From: an uncultured Candidatus Binatia bacterium
GTDB lineage: Bacteria; Desulfobacterota; Binatia; UBA9968; JAJDTQ01
Reading direction: 5' to 3'
Length of the DNA: 64,000 nucleotides
Assembly (NCBI GenBank): GCA_965242525.1
Contig: OZ251459.1
Span: 3,488,001 to 3,552,000 of the forward strand
Part shown: piece after piece, positions 11,128 to 20,928 of the stretch
Layout: the number at the start of each line of letters is the position of its first letter
Numbering within the stretch: the stretch's first letter is position 1
Made by a program: the position numbers and the translations under genes
The notes under the pieces: model-generated
What the model saw: the letters and a program-made list of their open reading frames with translations, nothing else
Database searches by the model: none
Told to the model about the DNA's origin: nothing

Positions 11128-11952
11128 GTCGTAAACCAGCTTGGACGTGGAGGTGTTGTTGCACACCACGATGAAGCACGGCGGAACCCCGATGTCGGCT
11201 TCCCGCCAGAGACGAAATACCTTCTCGTAGTGGCCGTAGAGGGCGTCCAGCGCGGTCAACAGTTCGGCAGGCAGGCTCAGAGGGTCCAGGGTCTTCGCCT
11301 TGCCGCGCCCCCTCCTGGGCATCTTCCCCCGGATGTGCTCCCACAGGTTGCGGAGCTTGGGCATGTCCTCGCCCGGCACGTTGTCCGCCACCGGCACCCG
11401 GGGAATCTTGCCGGCGCCCGTGGCCAGCTTGAGGGCGAGCCGCTGCAACTCCGGGTTGGCGTCGTCGTTGGCGCCGGCCAAGTGGTCGAGAAACCCCCTG
11501 CCGGTCTCGCCCGCGTTCGGCGCTACCTCGGTGAGCCAGATGGCGGTCTCCACCGCTTCGACCTGGCAGAAGAACGGACGGACGTCGCTGAATCGGTGGC
11601 TCCGCCAGTGCCGGAGCAGACGGGCGGTCTCCGGCGTCACCTGCCACCGGCCCGGGTCCGCGATGCTGCACCACCGGTCCACCTGCCGACGAACGGAGTC
11701 GATGAGGGCCGTGTGCTCGTACCGCTGCCGCTCGGTGGAAAGGCCCCGGCCTTCGTTGAACAGGACCGAGGTCCGCTCCTCCGCCTTTCCCCTTCGCTTC
11801 CTGGGCTTCGGGACGGGCGTGATGAACTGGGCGGGCCTTCGGCTTTCGACGAAATTCTGGGTGGGCTGCCCGGTCTCGTCCAGCTCCCAATGGCGCGTCG
11901 GGTACTCGTAAGGCGAGTTGAGCACGGGCCGGTCGAAGAACGGATTGGTCAA
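11128..11952 (-). pseudogene. res: Type III restriction endonuclease (Res) remnant with an internal deletion and 3' truncation
   Basis: NSPYEYPTRHWELD and RPFFCQVEAVET motifs; Walker A LATGAGK joined directly to IPRVPVADN with no DExH region; similarity ends at CNNTSTSKLVYD; no nuclease domain. Confidence 0.85.
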
Positions 11953-12272
11953 GACGATGCACCCCCCGGAGGATTGGCCATGGGTCACCGGAGCCTCGAG
12001 GACTTTACCATACCTGCCTGAACGCTGCCGAATAGATCACTCCCGACGGCTCTGCGTCTTGACGCAAGCGACCCGTGGGACCGCTGAATCGCCCGGCCCC
12101 TCCGCTCGACCCCGCCGGATCCCCCGCGGTACGGCGGGGTCGTGGGGAGGGAATCCCGTGCGCCGAGGCCGGGGGTGATCACCAGGAAGCCGCGGGTTTT
12201 CGTCCGGGGGTCCTTGACAGGGGCGCCGTAAAATCGGTTAATCGCACCATCAAACCGGAGAGGAGGCATCTC

Positions 12273-13313
12273 ATGGTCCAAAGGATTCTCGTTCTGGCGG
12301 CAGGGTTGACGCTCCTGGCGAGCCCCGCCTGGGGCGACGCGGTGGCGGACTTCTACAAGGGCAAGACGGTCCGCATCGTGGTCGGGTATGGGCCGGGGGG
12401 CACCACGGACCTCACCACGCGGCTGATCGCCGGGGTCCTGTCGAAGCACATCCCGGGAAGCCCGCGCATCGTGGTGCAGAACAAGCCGGGCGGCGGCAGC
12501 ATGCTGACGGCCAACACCGTGTTCAACAACGAGCCCAGGGACGGCACCGTGATCGCGGCCATCAGCAGCGGCCTCGTCCCCAAGCAGGCCCGCGGTGAGC
12601 CCGGGGTCCGGTTCGACGCCCGGAAGTTCCAGTGGGTCGCCAGCGGGTTCGACACCTCGTCCATGTGCGCCATCCGCACCGACGCCGGGGTGGACAACCT
12701 CAACGAGGCGATGAAGAAGCAGCTCACCATGTCGAGCTTCAGCAAGGGCGGCCTTTCGCACGTGGAGCCGGTGATCTTCAACGCGGTGTTCGGCACCAAG
12801 TTCAAGGTCATCACCGGATACCCCAGCGGCGGCGCCCAGCGTCTGGCGGTGAAGAACGGCGAGGTCAACGGCTTCTGCACCACGTTCCAGACGGTGAAGA
12901 GCACCGAGCTCGCCATGTTCGAAGGCGCGGCCAAGTGCTGCAAGGTGCTGATCATCGCGGGCGCGGAGAAAGAGGACCACCCGCTGCTGGAGGGCGTGCC
13001 CGCGGCCGAACAGTTGGCCAGGGAGATGGGCAAGAGCGCGGACGACCTGTCCATGCTGAAGGCCATGAACGCCACCAACCGCATCAGCATCGTCCACGCG
13101 TTCCCGCCCGGGGTGCCGTCGGACCGCGTGGAGGCCATGCGCGACGCCTTCCTGAAGGCCTACAACGATCCGCAGGTCCAGGAGTTGGCAATGAAGTCCA
13201 AGCGTGAGCTGAAGCCCAAGCGCGGGGACCAGGTGGCCAAGATCGTCAACGAGTTGCTCGCCACCCCCCAGTCGGTCCTCGACAGGATGCAGGAAATCAT
13301 CTCCGAGAACTGA
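12273..13313 (+). CDS. tctC: Tripartite tricarboxylate transporter substrate-binding protein (TctC/Bug)
   Basis: Signal peptide; FYKGKTVRIVVGYGPGGTTD, VVQNKPGGG, PRDGT; RBS GGAGG. Confidence 0.9.
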   Translation: MVQRILVLAAGLTLLASPAWGDAVADFYKGKTVRIVVGYGPGGTTDLTTRLIAGVLSKHIPGSPRIVVQNKPGGGSMLTANTVFNNEPRDGTVIAAISSGLVPKQARGEPGVRFDARKFQWVASGFDTSSMCAIRTDAGVDNLNEAMKKQLTMSSFSKGGLSHVEPVIFNAVFGTKFKVITGYPSGGAQRLAVKNGEVNGFCTTFQTVKSTELAMFEGAAKCCKVLIIAGAEKEDHPLLEGVPAAEQLAREMGKSADDLSMLKAMNATNRISIVHAFPPGVPSDRVEAMRDAFLKAYNDPQVQELAMKSKRELKPKRGDQVAKIVNELLATPQSVLDRMQEIISEN

Positions 13314-13449
13314 AGACCCACGGAGCGCCGCATGGGCGGCCTCGGGTCCCCGTTCCGCGCCCTCCGCCGGGGGGCGTCGAGCGGGGACCCGCGGGCCGCC
13401 GCCGCGAACCTGAAGACCGTCAACCGTCCGTCCCCGCCGCGGTAACGCC

Positions 13450-14958
13450 ATGTTCGAAGCCTTCATCGGAGGTCTGCTCGACGTATTCAACCAGACCACG
13501 TTCGCGCTGATGCTCGTGGGCATCTTCCTCGGGTTCATCGTGGGCATCCTGCCGGGCATCGGCAGCCCCGGCGCGGTGGCCCTCATGCTGCCGTTCATCT
13601 TCAGCATGGACCCGGTGCAGGCGTTCGCGTTCCTGCTCGGCATGTACGCGGTGACCGGGACCACCGGCGACATCACCTCCATCCTGTTCGGCGTGCCCGG
13701 GGAGGTGGTGTCCACCGCCACCATCATCGACGGGCACCCCATGGCCAAGCGCGGCCAGGCGGGCCGGGCCCTGGGCGCGGCGCTCATGAGCTCGCTCGTG
13801 GGCGCCGTCGTGGGCGCGTTCTCCCTGGCCGCGGCCATCCCCATCGTCACCCCGCTGGTGCTGTCGTTCAAGTCCCCCGAGTTCTTCTCGCTGGCCATCC
13901 TGGGGATCTGCTTCCTGGCGGCCCTGAGCGGCGACAACAAGCTCAAGGGGGTGCTGGCCGGCGGGCTCGGGCTCATGCTCTCCACCGTGGGCCTCGACTA
14001 CCAGGAGAACATCGAGCGCTACACCTTCGGGCTGGTGAACCTCTGGGAGGGCCTCGGCCTCATCGCCGCGGCCGTGGGGCTGTTCGCCGTTCCCGAGATC
14101 GTGGAGCTGTGGGTCAAGGGCTCCAGCATCGCCGAAGCCCGCGTGGGCAAGCTGGGAGGCGTATGGCAGGGGGTGAAGGACACCTTCGTCCACCTGGGGA
14201 TCACGATCCGGTGCAGCATGATCGGCACCTTCTTCGGCCTGGTCCCCGGGGTCAGCGCGGCCCTGTCCCAGTGGGTTTCCTACGCCCACGCGGTCCAGAG
14301 CGCCTCGGACCGGAGCGGCTTCGGCAAGGGCGACGTCCGCGGCGTCCTGGGGCCGGGCGCGGCCAACAACTCCGGCATCGGCGCGGCCATGATCCCCACC
14401 GTGGCCTTCGGCGTGCCCGGCAGCGCCACCACCGCCATCCTGCTCGGCGCCTTCATCATCCAGGGGCTGCAACCGGGGCCGAAGATGCTGACCGAGCACC
14501 TGACCCTGACCTTCTCCATGGTCTGGCTCATCGTCATATCCAACGTCATCACGGTCACCGTATGCCTGCTGTTCCTGAACCATTTGGCGAAGATCACCCA
14601 GATACGCGGGTCGCTGCTCATCCCGGCCCTGTTCATGCTCATCTACCTTGCGGGTTTCGCCAACACCAACTCCTACTTCGCCATGACCACGACCCTGGTG
14701 TTCGGGGTGGCCGGCGTGGTCATGGTGAACCACGGCTGGCCGCGTCCGCCCCTGGTCCTCGGGCTGGTGCTCGGTCCCCTGGTGGAGCGGAACCTGTTCA
14801 TCTCCTACGAGATCTACGGGTTGAGCTTCCTGCTGCGGCCCATCGTCATGGCCACCTTCGCCATCGCCTTCACCGTGCTCTTCCTGCCCGGGATACAGGA
14901 CTGGATGGCGCGGCGGAGCAGGCCCAAGGAGGTCCCGGTTGAGCCGCAACCGAGTTGA
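13450..14958 (+). CDS. tctA: Tripartite tricarboxylate transporter permease TctA
   Basis: GILPGIG, TIIDGHPMAKRGQAGRAL, GAANNS and GVPGSATTAILLG motifs. Confidence 0.93.
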   Translation: MFEAFIGGLLDVFNQTTFALMLVGIFLGFIVGILPGIGSPGAVALMLPFIFSMDPVQAFAFLLGMYAVTGTTGDITSILFGVPGEVVSTATIIDGHPMAKRGQAGRALGAALMSSLVGAVVGAFSLAAAIPIVTPLVLSFKSPEFFSLAILGICFLAALSGDNKLKGVLAGGLGLMLSTVGLDYQENIERYTFGLVNLWEGLGLIAAAVGLFAVPEIVELWVKGSSIAEARVGKLGGVWQGVKDTFVHLGITIRCSMIGTFFGLVPGVSAALSQWVSYAHAVQSASDRSGFGKGDVRGVLGPGAANNSGIGAAMIPTVAFGVPGSATTAILLGAFIIQGLQPGPKMLTEHLTLTFSMVWLIVISNVITVTVCLLFLNHLAKITQIRGSLLIPALFMLIYLAGFANTNSYFAMTTTLVFGVAGVVMVNHGWPRPPLVLGLVLGPLVERNLFISYEIYGLSFLLRPIVMATFAIAFTVLFLPGIQDWMARRSRPKEVPVEPQPS

Positions 14959-15490
14959 CATACTCATCGGCCTGTTCCTGGTGGCGCTGCTCGCGTGGGC
15001 GGTGTGGGAGGCCCAGGACTGGCGGGCCCGCACCCGGTTCTTCCCCTGGGCCATCGGCTTCCCGGTGCTGGCGCTGTCGGCGGTCCACCTGGGCCTCAGC
15101 GTGTGGACGGCCATGCGCCCGCCGAAGCCCGAGGAGGGTCGGGAAGAGCCGGTGGAACCGGCCGCGGACGCCGGGCCTCCCCCGGACCCGAGCCTCGTCC
15201 GCAGGCGCACCCTGGAGATCTCCGCCTGGGCCGTGGCCTTCGCCCTGGGCCTGTGGCTGCTGGGGTTCAAGGTGGGCGGCCTGGTCCTCAGCCCCGCCTT
15301 CCTGCGGTTCCAGGCCCGCGAGACCTGGACCACGAGCCTCGTCTATGGCTTCGGCGTTTACCTGTTCTTCTTCGCTGGCCTGGAGACGGCCCTGGCGTTC
15401 CCGCTGCCCCCCGGACTCATCGCCCGGTCCCTGGGCCTCCAGTCCTTCGACTCCTACCTGGTGGACCCGATCCTGGACCTGTTCCGCTGA
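14939..15490 (+). CDS. tctB: Tripartite tricarboxylate transporter TctB family protein
   Basis: About 4-5 TM helices, FFPW and PLPPG motifs; overlaps the tctA end; TTG start. Confidence 0.82.
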   Translation: MSRNRVDILIGLFLVALLAWAVWEAQDWRARTRFFPWAIGFPVLALSAVHLGLSVWTAMRPPKPEEGREEPVEPAADAGPPPDPSLVRRRTLEISAWAVAFALGLWLLGFKVGGLVLSPAFLRFQARETWTTSLVYGFGVYLFFFAGLETALAFPLPPGLIARSLGLQSFDSYLVDPILDLFR

Positions 15491-15505
15491 CCCTCCGGCA
15501 CGACC

Positions 15506-15534
15506 TTGACGCAGGGCAGGGTTTTCCGTAAAAT
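15506..15534 (+). promoter_or_regulatory. Sigma70 promoter for the RHH-methyltransferase pair
   Basis: TTGACG-17bp-TAAAAT, overlapped by short repeats CGTAAAAT/CGTAAAT/GATGAAAT. Confidence 0.65.
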
Positions 15535-15539
15535 CGTAA

Positions 15540-15758
15540 ATGATGAAATACGGCGCAGGAAGGAAGTCGCAGCGGAATCCGATGGTGCGCGAGCAGTCCC
15601 CGAAGTTTGGGATGCCGGGGGCCATGAAGCGCCTCACCATCGACGTTCCCGCAGAGCTCCACGCCAACGTCAAGGCGGGCTGTGCAAGGCGAGGGGTCAA
15701 GATGTCGGACGCCATCAGAGACCTTCTGGAACGAAATTTCGGAGAGGCCGAGCCATGA
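15540..15758 (+). CDS. Ribbon-helix-helix (ParG-like) DNA-binding protein; start uncertain (15540 leaderless or 15624)
   Basis: [35 protein letters not shown] fits the RHH pattern; its stop overlaps the next ATG (ATGA). Confidence 0.75.
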   Translation: MMKYGAGRKSQRNPMVREQSPKFGMPGAMKRLTIDVPAELHANVKAGCARRGVKMSDAIRDLLERNFGEAEP

Positions 15759-16570
15759 GCCGAGGACGGACCGGGACGCTCTTCGACCCTCCCGATGGAG
15801 GACGCACGCCTTCGGGAAGGAAGAGCCCCGACGGTGCGGCCACGTCGGACCTGGTGTTCTCCGTCTATGTCGGAAACAACGCCGACGTCTTCCCGCACGT
15901 GTTGAAGCTCCACGTGGCGGCCGGGGCCAAGATCGCGGACGTGACGTATGGCAAGGGAGTCTTCTGGAAGAAGGTGGACACCGGTGAGTACCAATTCTTT
16001 CCCTCCGACATTGCGGACGGAGTGGACTGTCGGCATCTGCCATACGAGGACGCGTCGTTCGACGCCGTCGTCTTCGATCCGCCCTACATGGAGGGGTTCT
16101 ACCGGAACGGCGGCTCGGTCAAGGCCGGCGACGGCACCCACAACGCGTTCCGTGACCACTATTCCAACGGCGACGAGACTCCCAGGGCCGACGGAGGCAA
16201 GTGGCACGCGGCCGTCCTGGAGATCTACCTCGAAGGCGGCAGGGAGGCGCACCGGATACTGAGGGACGGCGGGTCGTTCATCGTCAAATGCCAGGACGAG
16301 GTCAGCGCAAACAGGCAGAACCTGACGCACGTGGAGATCATCCATTCATTCGCAGAGGTCGGCTTCTTCTGCAAGGATCTGTTCGTGCTGGTACGTCCCA
16401 ACAAACCCGGAATGAGCCGGGTCATCCATCAGGTGCACGCGAGAAAGAACCACTCCTGTTTCCTGGTCTTCGTCAAGATCCCGCAAGGCAAGGGTCGCGG
16501 ACGCCGACGTCCGTCCTTCCCGCTAAATCCTACTCCGGAAACTCTGAACAATTGTCCCCGTTCGTCCTGA
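15755..16570 (+). CDS. Small amino (N6-A/N4-C) DNA methyltransferase, orphan
   Basis: SAM motif [12 protein letters not shown], catalytic [24 protein letters not shown]; stop codon lies inside the adjacent MITE. Confidence 0.8.
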   Translation: MSRGRTGTLFDPPDGGRTPSGRKSPDGAATSDLVFSVYVGNNADVFPHVLKLHVAAGAKIADVTYGKGVFWKKVDTGEYQFFPSDIADGVDCRHLPYEDASFDAVVFDPPYMEGFYRNGGSVKAGDGTHNAFRDHYSNGDETPRADGGKWHAAVLEIYLEGGREAHRILRDGGSFIVKCQDEVSANRQNLTHVEIIHSFAEVGFFCKDLFVLVRPNKPGMSRVIHQVHARKNHSCFLVFVKIPQGKGRGRRRPSFPLNPTPETLNNCPRSS

Positions 16571-16649
16571 GCGTAGCGAAGCGAAGTCGAAGGACGCGCT
16601 TTCCCGCAGGGAGAGGGAGTTTCAAGCCGGAATTGATCAGACGTTCCCT
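16537..16649 (-). mobile_element. MITE family A, full copy
   Basis: Ends GGAAACTCTGAACAAT and AATTGATCAGACGTTCCCT enclose the REP-like core. Confidence 0.78.
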
Positions 16650-16650
16650 C

Positions 16651-16677
16651 CGTCATTCCCGCGAAAGCGGGAATCCA
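16651..16677 (+). repeat. REP family B palindrome
   Basis: CGTCATTCCCGCGAAAGCGGGAATCCA, identical to 10779-10805. Confidence 0.9.
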
Positions 16678-16700
16678 CTGGTCATTGCCCTGCGAGCCTT

Positions 16701-17366
16701 TCAGTCTCTTGTCCTGTTTCCCTTTGCCTCGCCGGTCGTTGGCGCTTTTCGCCCGGGCGGTTTGCGCTTCTGCTTCGGCCGTGTTTCCGGCGGGTTCGTC
16801 TGCCGGCCGCATTCCCGATGGCGGAAGCAGTCCACGATGTGGTCGTTCACCATGCCGGTGGCCTGCATGTGGGCATAGACGATGGTGGAGCCGACGAAGC
16901 TGAAGCCGCGTTGCTTCATGTCCCGGCTGACGGCGTCGGAAAGGGTGGTGGAGGCCGGCACGTCCTTCATGGACTTCCAGCGGTTGCGGATGGGCTTGCC
17001 GTCGATGAAGCGCCACATGTAGCGGGCAAAGCTGCCCCACGCTTCCTGCACCGCCAGAAAGGCGCGGGCGTTCCGCCTGGCGCTGTGCACCTTGAGGCGG
17101 TTGCGGATGATGCGCGGGTCCTGCAACAGCCGCTGGAGCTTGCGGTCGCCGTAGCGGGCCACCTTGCCCACGTCGAACCCGTCGAAGGCCGCCCGATACC
17201 CCTCGCGCTTGCGCAGGACCGTGATCCAGGCCAAGCCCGCCTGCGCCCCCTCCAGCACCAGGAACTCGAACAGGGTCCGGTCGTCGTGAACCGGCACGCC
17301 CCATTCCTCGTCGTGGTACCTCACGTAAAGCTCATCGGTTCCGCACCAACTGCAACGTGTGGCCAT
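16701..17366 (-). CDS. tag: DNA-3-methyladenine glycosylase I
   Basis: RCSWC, YHDEEWGVP, LEGAQAGLAW, IIRNRLK and MQATGMVNDH..C motifs. Confidence 0.96.
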   Translation of the reverse strand: MATRCSWCGTDELYVRYHDEEWGVPVHDDRTLFEFLVLEGAQAGLAWITVLRKREGYRAAFDGFDVGKVARYGDRKLQRLLQDPRIIRNRLKVHSARRNARAFLAVQEAWGSFARYMWRFIDGKPIRNRWKSMKDVPASTTLSDAVSRDMKQRGFSFVGSTIVYAHMQATGMVNDHIVDCFRHRECGRQTNPPETRPKQKRKPPGRKAPTTGEAKGNRTRD

Positions 17367-17515
17367 GGCGTGTGTCCGGGGGAAGGCGAGGCTCTGCCCC
17401 CAGTCCCGATTGTCCAGGGTTTCCTATATCTTCTGGCTTGCATTGCCAAGGGAATCCATTGAAGATGCGAGTCGCAGGGTTTCATCACCATGCTTGGTCC
17501 CCGCAAGGAGGTCCC

Positions 17516-18070
17516 ATGAAACGCTTTCGACTGGTTCTGCTGGCCGTGGTCGCCGGTGCCGCCGCCGCGCTGCTGTCTGGCCCGGCTCATGCGGGTGCGG
17601 TGGTGGAAGTGGTGCTGGTGGATCGCCTGGACGATCCCCGGGGTTACTGTCTGGACATCCTGGGCTACAAGCGGCGGGCCAAGGTCGAACGGGGGCTGCA
17701 GGGCCACAGTTGCTACAGCTACCAGGGGGAGGTGGGCGTGGACCAGGGGTTCGACCGCGAGGCCGTCGAGGCGGGCCGGTTCCGTATGCCGGGCTTCGAC
17801 GTCTGCATGGCCGCGGACGCAGTGCAGCCGGGCGCACGGCTGGGTCTGGCGAAGTGCGGCGATTCGCCGGAGCAGAGCTTCTCGCTGACGGCGCAGGGTG
17901 AGATCGTTCCCGGAGGCGCGCCAAGCCTCTGCGTGACGGTCGCAGGCGGTGAAGGCGCGCCCGGAGGGGGCGGCAGGCCCGTGCACCTCAAGCGTCGCCT
18001 GACCCTGGAGCCTTGCGACGAAGGCCGCTCCCGGCACCAGCGGTGGCGGCTTCGCAGCGAAGCCGATTAG
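17516..18070 (+). CDS. Secreted ricin-B/beta-trefoil lectin-like protein
   Basis: Signal peptide; repeated CLDI/CM/LCVT segments with L..C...Q.F/W (HQRW); RBS AAGGAGG. Confidence 0.75.
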   Translation: MKRFRLVLLAVVAGAAAALLSGPAHAGAVVEVVLVDRLDDPRGYCLDILGYKRRAKVERGLQGHSCYSYQGEVGVDQGFDREAVEAGRFRMPGFDVCMAADAVQPGARLGLAKCGDSPEQSFSLTAQGEIVPGGAPSLCVTVAGGEGAPGGGGRPVHLKRRLTLEPCDEGRSRHQRWRLRSEAD

Positions 18071-18108
18071 CCGCGGCCCGGAAGCCGCGGGGGGACGGGG
18101 TCCGGCGG

Positions 18109-19185
18109 CTACGCCAGACTGAACAGTGCCGCGGGATTCCGTTGGGTGATCTTCTCGTACTGGGGCGCGGTGATGCTCCCCTGTTCCTTCAGGTTGCGAA
18201 GCGCCTCGATCTCGGTGGACTGGTCGTTGTGGCCGTAGTCCGTGCCGATGACGATGTTGTCCTCGCCGGAATACCGGAAGACGTAGTCCACGTCGTCGTC
18301 CGTCTGGCATGATACGTACTGCCGGTATTCCTTGAGCGGGTTGTCCGGCAACTCTTTGCCCTTGGCGCCCCAACGGCGCTGCAGGTCCTTGACCACGTAG
18401 GGTATCCACAGCGCCGCGGCCTCGGCCCAGTGGAACCGGAGTTTCGGGAAGCGTTCCGGCAGCCCTCCCATGATGACCGAGTGGAACGCGCCGATGACGG
18501 GGATGCGGAACTTCCAGAAGCTGCCGCCGCCGTTGTACTGGGACACGAGGTCGAGTTCCCGGGGGTTGCCGTTGCCCACGTGGACGCCCACCGCCATGTC
18601 GAGTCGGCACATCTCCTCGTACAGGGGGTAGAAATAGGGGTCGGTCAGGAGCCGACGTCCCTCGATGCCGCGCATGAAGACCCCGCAGGCGCCCTGCTCC
18701 TTGCAGAACCGCAACTCTTCGAGGGCCGCGCCCATGTCCAGCAGCGGCAGCACGCAGATCCACCGCAGCCGGCCCTTGCCCTGCCGGTGCAGGTCGGCCA
18801 GCCAGCGGTTGTAGCCCCTGGTGATGGCGACCTCCCAATCGGGCTTTTCGGTGATCTGCTCGATGAAGATGGTCGGATAGAGGACCTGGACGTCCACGCC
18901 GAGCTCGTCCATGTGCTCGAGCCGCGCCTCCACGTTCTCCATCTCGCGGGTCTCGCGGGGCGTGAACATGACGCGGCCGGTGCGGTCGGCGACTTCGTCC
19001 AGCTCCCGGGCCGTCATGACGATGCGCACCAAGCCGCGGATCTTCCCGTCGATGAACCAGTATTCGCCTCCCTGTTCACCGCTGGGCTTGACGATGACCG
19101 GACGGTATTTCCGGTCCGCCGCATCCATGTAGTCCCAGGTGTGTTCCGACTCCACCACGTGGGCGTCGGCGTCGATGGTCGGCAT
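18109..19185 (-). CDS. Amidohydrolase family protein (Amidohydro_2 / ACMSD-like)
   Basis: IDADAHVVE, MDELGVDVQVLYPT, YNRWLAD and GTDYGH motifs. Confidence 0.9.
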   Translation of the reverse strand: MPTIDADAHVVESEHTWDYMDAADRKYRPVIVKPSGEQGGEYWFIDGKIRGLVRIVMTARELDEVADRTGRVMFTPRETREMENVEARLEHMDELGVDVQVLYPTIFIEQITEKPDWEVAITRGYNRWLADLHRQGKGRLRWICVLPLLDMGAALEELRFCKEQGACGVFMRGIEGRRLLTDPYFYPLYEEMCRLDMAVGVHVGNGNPRELDLVSQYNGGGSFWKFRIPVIGAFHSVIMGGLPERFPKLRFHWAEAAALWIPYVVKDLQRRWGAKGKELPDNPLKEYRQYVSCQTDDDVDYVFRYSGEDNIVIGTDYGHNDQSTEIEALRNLKEQGSITAPQYEKITQRNPAALFSLA

Positions 19186-19190
19186 GGTCC

Positions 19191-19673
19191 CTACCTCGCT
19201 TCCTTGCGCTTGCCGCCCAGCCAAGCCTGCACTTCCAGTTCGGCGACGGCTCCGGGTATCAGATCGCTCACCCCCACGTCGCTCCAGACGGGATAGGGCT
19301 CCTTCACGTAGCGCTTCTTGACCTCGTTGAAGAGCGGGAAGGTCTTCCTGAAGTCGAGGCGGTAGCTTCTCAGCAGCACCACGTTGTCGAAGCCGATGCC
19401 GGCTTTCTCCAGGGTCGCCTGGATCTGTTCGAAGATGCTGACGAAGTTGGCTTTCAGGGCCGCGTCGTCGGCGTCCCGGGCGACCGGCGCGCCGGTGACG
19501 CCCGAAAGGTAGAGCATGTCGCCCACTCGCACCGCCGGCGCGAAGCCCACCGCGTCATAGACCTTCCGGTTCTCGGGAACGAAGACCTCGGGCGCAACCT
19601 TCTCCTCGGCGGCGAGGGCGGAAAGCGGCGCCAGCGACGCCGCCACGAAAACCAGCGCGGCAAAGTATTTCAC
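19191..19673 (-). CDS. RidA/YjgF family protein with signal peptide
   Basis: FAPAVRVGDMLYLSG, PYPVWSDVGV, AELEVQA; GTG start after RBS GGAGGAG; AxA cleavage site. Confidence 0.82.
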   Translation of the reverse strand: MKYFAALVFVAASLAPLSALAAEEKVAPEVFVPENRKVYDAVGFAPAVRVGDMLYLSGVTGAPVARDADDAALKANFVSIFEQIQATLEKAGIGFDNVVLLRSYRLDFRKTFPLFNEVKKRYVKEPYPVWSDVGVSDLIPGAVAELEVQAWLGGKRKEAR

Positions 19674-19854
19674 GTGCTCCTCCCGTCCGTGGAGAAAATG
19701 GGAGACCGTCCGAATCCTGGCAGTTCCGGCCGAAAAGAGGCTGGCCATCCGGGAGACCTCGCGGGGCTGTCGAAGGCGTCCGGGGTTCCAGCATCCGAGG
19801 GCATCCGTGGGCGCGTCAAGAAACCCGCCGAAGGGGGTTATAGGTCAGGTAGGG

Positions 19855-19907
19855 GAGAAAGGGAAACGCCGCCCACGGGCAACCTGGGCGTCTCTGGGCG
19901 GCGTCTC
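19855..19907 (-). terminator. Putative intrinsic terminator of the lipoprotein gene
   Basis: Stem GAGACGCCGCCCA/TGGGCGGCGTTTC followed by a pyrimidine tract on the minus strand. Confidence 0.55.
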
Positions 19908-19914
19908 GTGGGTG

Positions 19915-20928
19915 TCATCGGCAGTAATAGCTCTTCCGACCTTCAAATGAGCAGTGGGAAAGCTCCGGCGCCGGTGTCCGGGAAGAGTCCGAGTATGACA
20001 CCCCCCATGCTCCCGACCCCAACGTTCCACGCTCCACCAATCCACTCTCCAGCGCTCTACTCGGGGAATCCCGTCCGGCGCGCGTCCAGAAGTATCCACC
20101 GGCCGTGGAACCGCTAGTAAGGCCGACCACGGCAGGCACGGTTCCAAGGGTGTCGAACTTATAACCATATTCATCGCCTTCGACTCTCATGGTGTCGAGA
20201 CTCCACATCTCATGCTCCTCGCGCTCTATGTTGCTGGAATACAGCCTCATGCCTTCCCACGTGCGGTTGAACTCGCCCGGGATATTGATCGTTACGTCAA
20301 TATCACCGCCATCGTAGTACATAGAGGCCGTTCCCGTGTACAGAAGGTCCGTTCCCTCGTAATTTAGGAATGCTTTGCCTTCATAAGTGCCTATGAACGA
20401 CAGGGGCTCAGTAAGAAACTCATAAGCAAAAGGTGACCTGGTGCGCCGAAGAAGCGGGCTGTCCGGGTCCAACCAAACCAGCGAGCTGCCGGGACCTTCC
20501 CACAAGTCCAGACCCCCCTCCGAGGGAAGCGACAGGGTTCCCTCCGGGGTTGGGAGGTCCCCTATGACCGGAACAGGTGTTGACGTTCCCGGTGCTGGCG
20601 TTCCCGGCGGGTCAGTAACGGTTCCCGTTGGGCCGGTAACGGAGATAGTAACCCTGCCGCCCGTAACGGTAGCAACCCCGCTGTCAGAGACCTCGATAGT
20701 GCAGTCTGCCCCTGTGCACGTAGCGACGACCCGAACTCCCCCACTGTTGTAAATCGTCCGGCTCCGGCCAACAGGGATCGTACCCGATTCCAGACTATGA
20801 CCCTCCGGGAGTCCCGCCAGGACAGTCTGTGTTGGCGTTGGCGTCATGGAAGCGGTCTTGCCACCGCCTCCGCACCCGGCCAGCATCAACGCGCCTGCTA
20901 CTGCCAACGCCAGGATCGTTCCCTTCAT
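19915..20928 (-). CDS. Hypothetical lipoprotein (beta-rich, Thr/Pro linker)
   Basis: Lipobox LAGC then GGGG, RBS GGAGG; lower GC than neighbours. Confidence 0.75.
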   Translation of the reverse strand: MKGTILALAVAGALMLAGCGGGGKTASMTPTPTQTVLAGLPEGHSLESGTIPVGRSRTIYNSGGVRVVATCTGADCTIEVSDSGVATVTGGRVTISVTGPTGTVTDPPGTPAPGTSTPVPVIGDLPTPEGTLSLPSEGGLDLWEGPGSSLVWLDPDSPLLRRTRSPFAYEFLTEPLSFIGTYEGKAFLNYEGTDLLYTGTASMYYDGGDIDVTINIPGEFNRTWEGMRLYSSNIEREEHEMWSLDTMRVEGDEYGYKFDTLGTVPAVVGLTSGSTAGGYFWTRAGRDSPSRALESGLVERGTLGSGAWGVSYSDSSRTPAPELSHCSFEGRKSYYCR

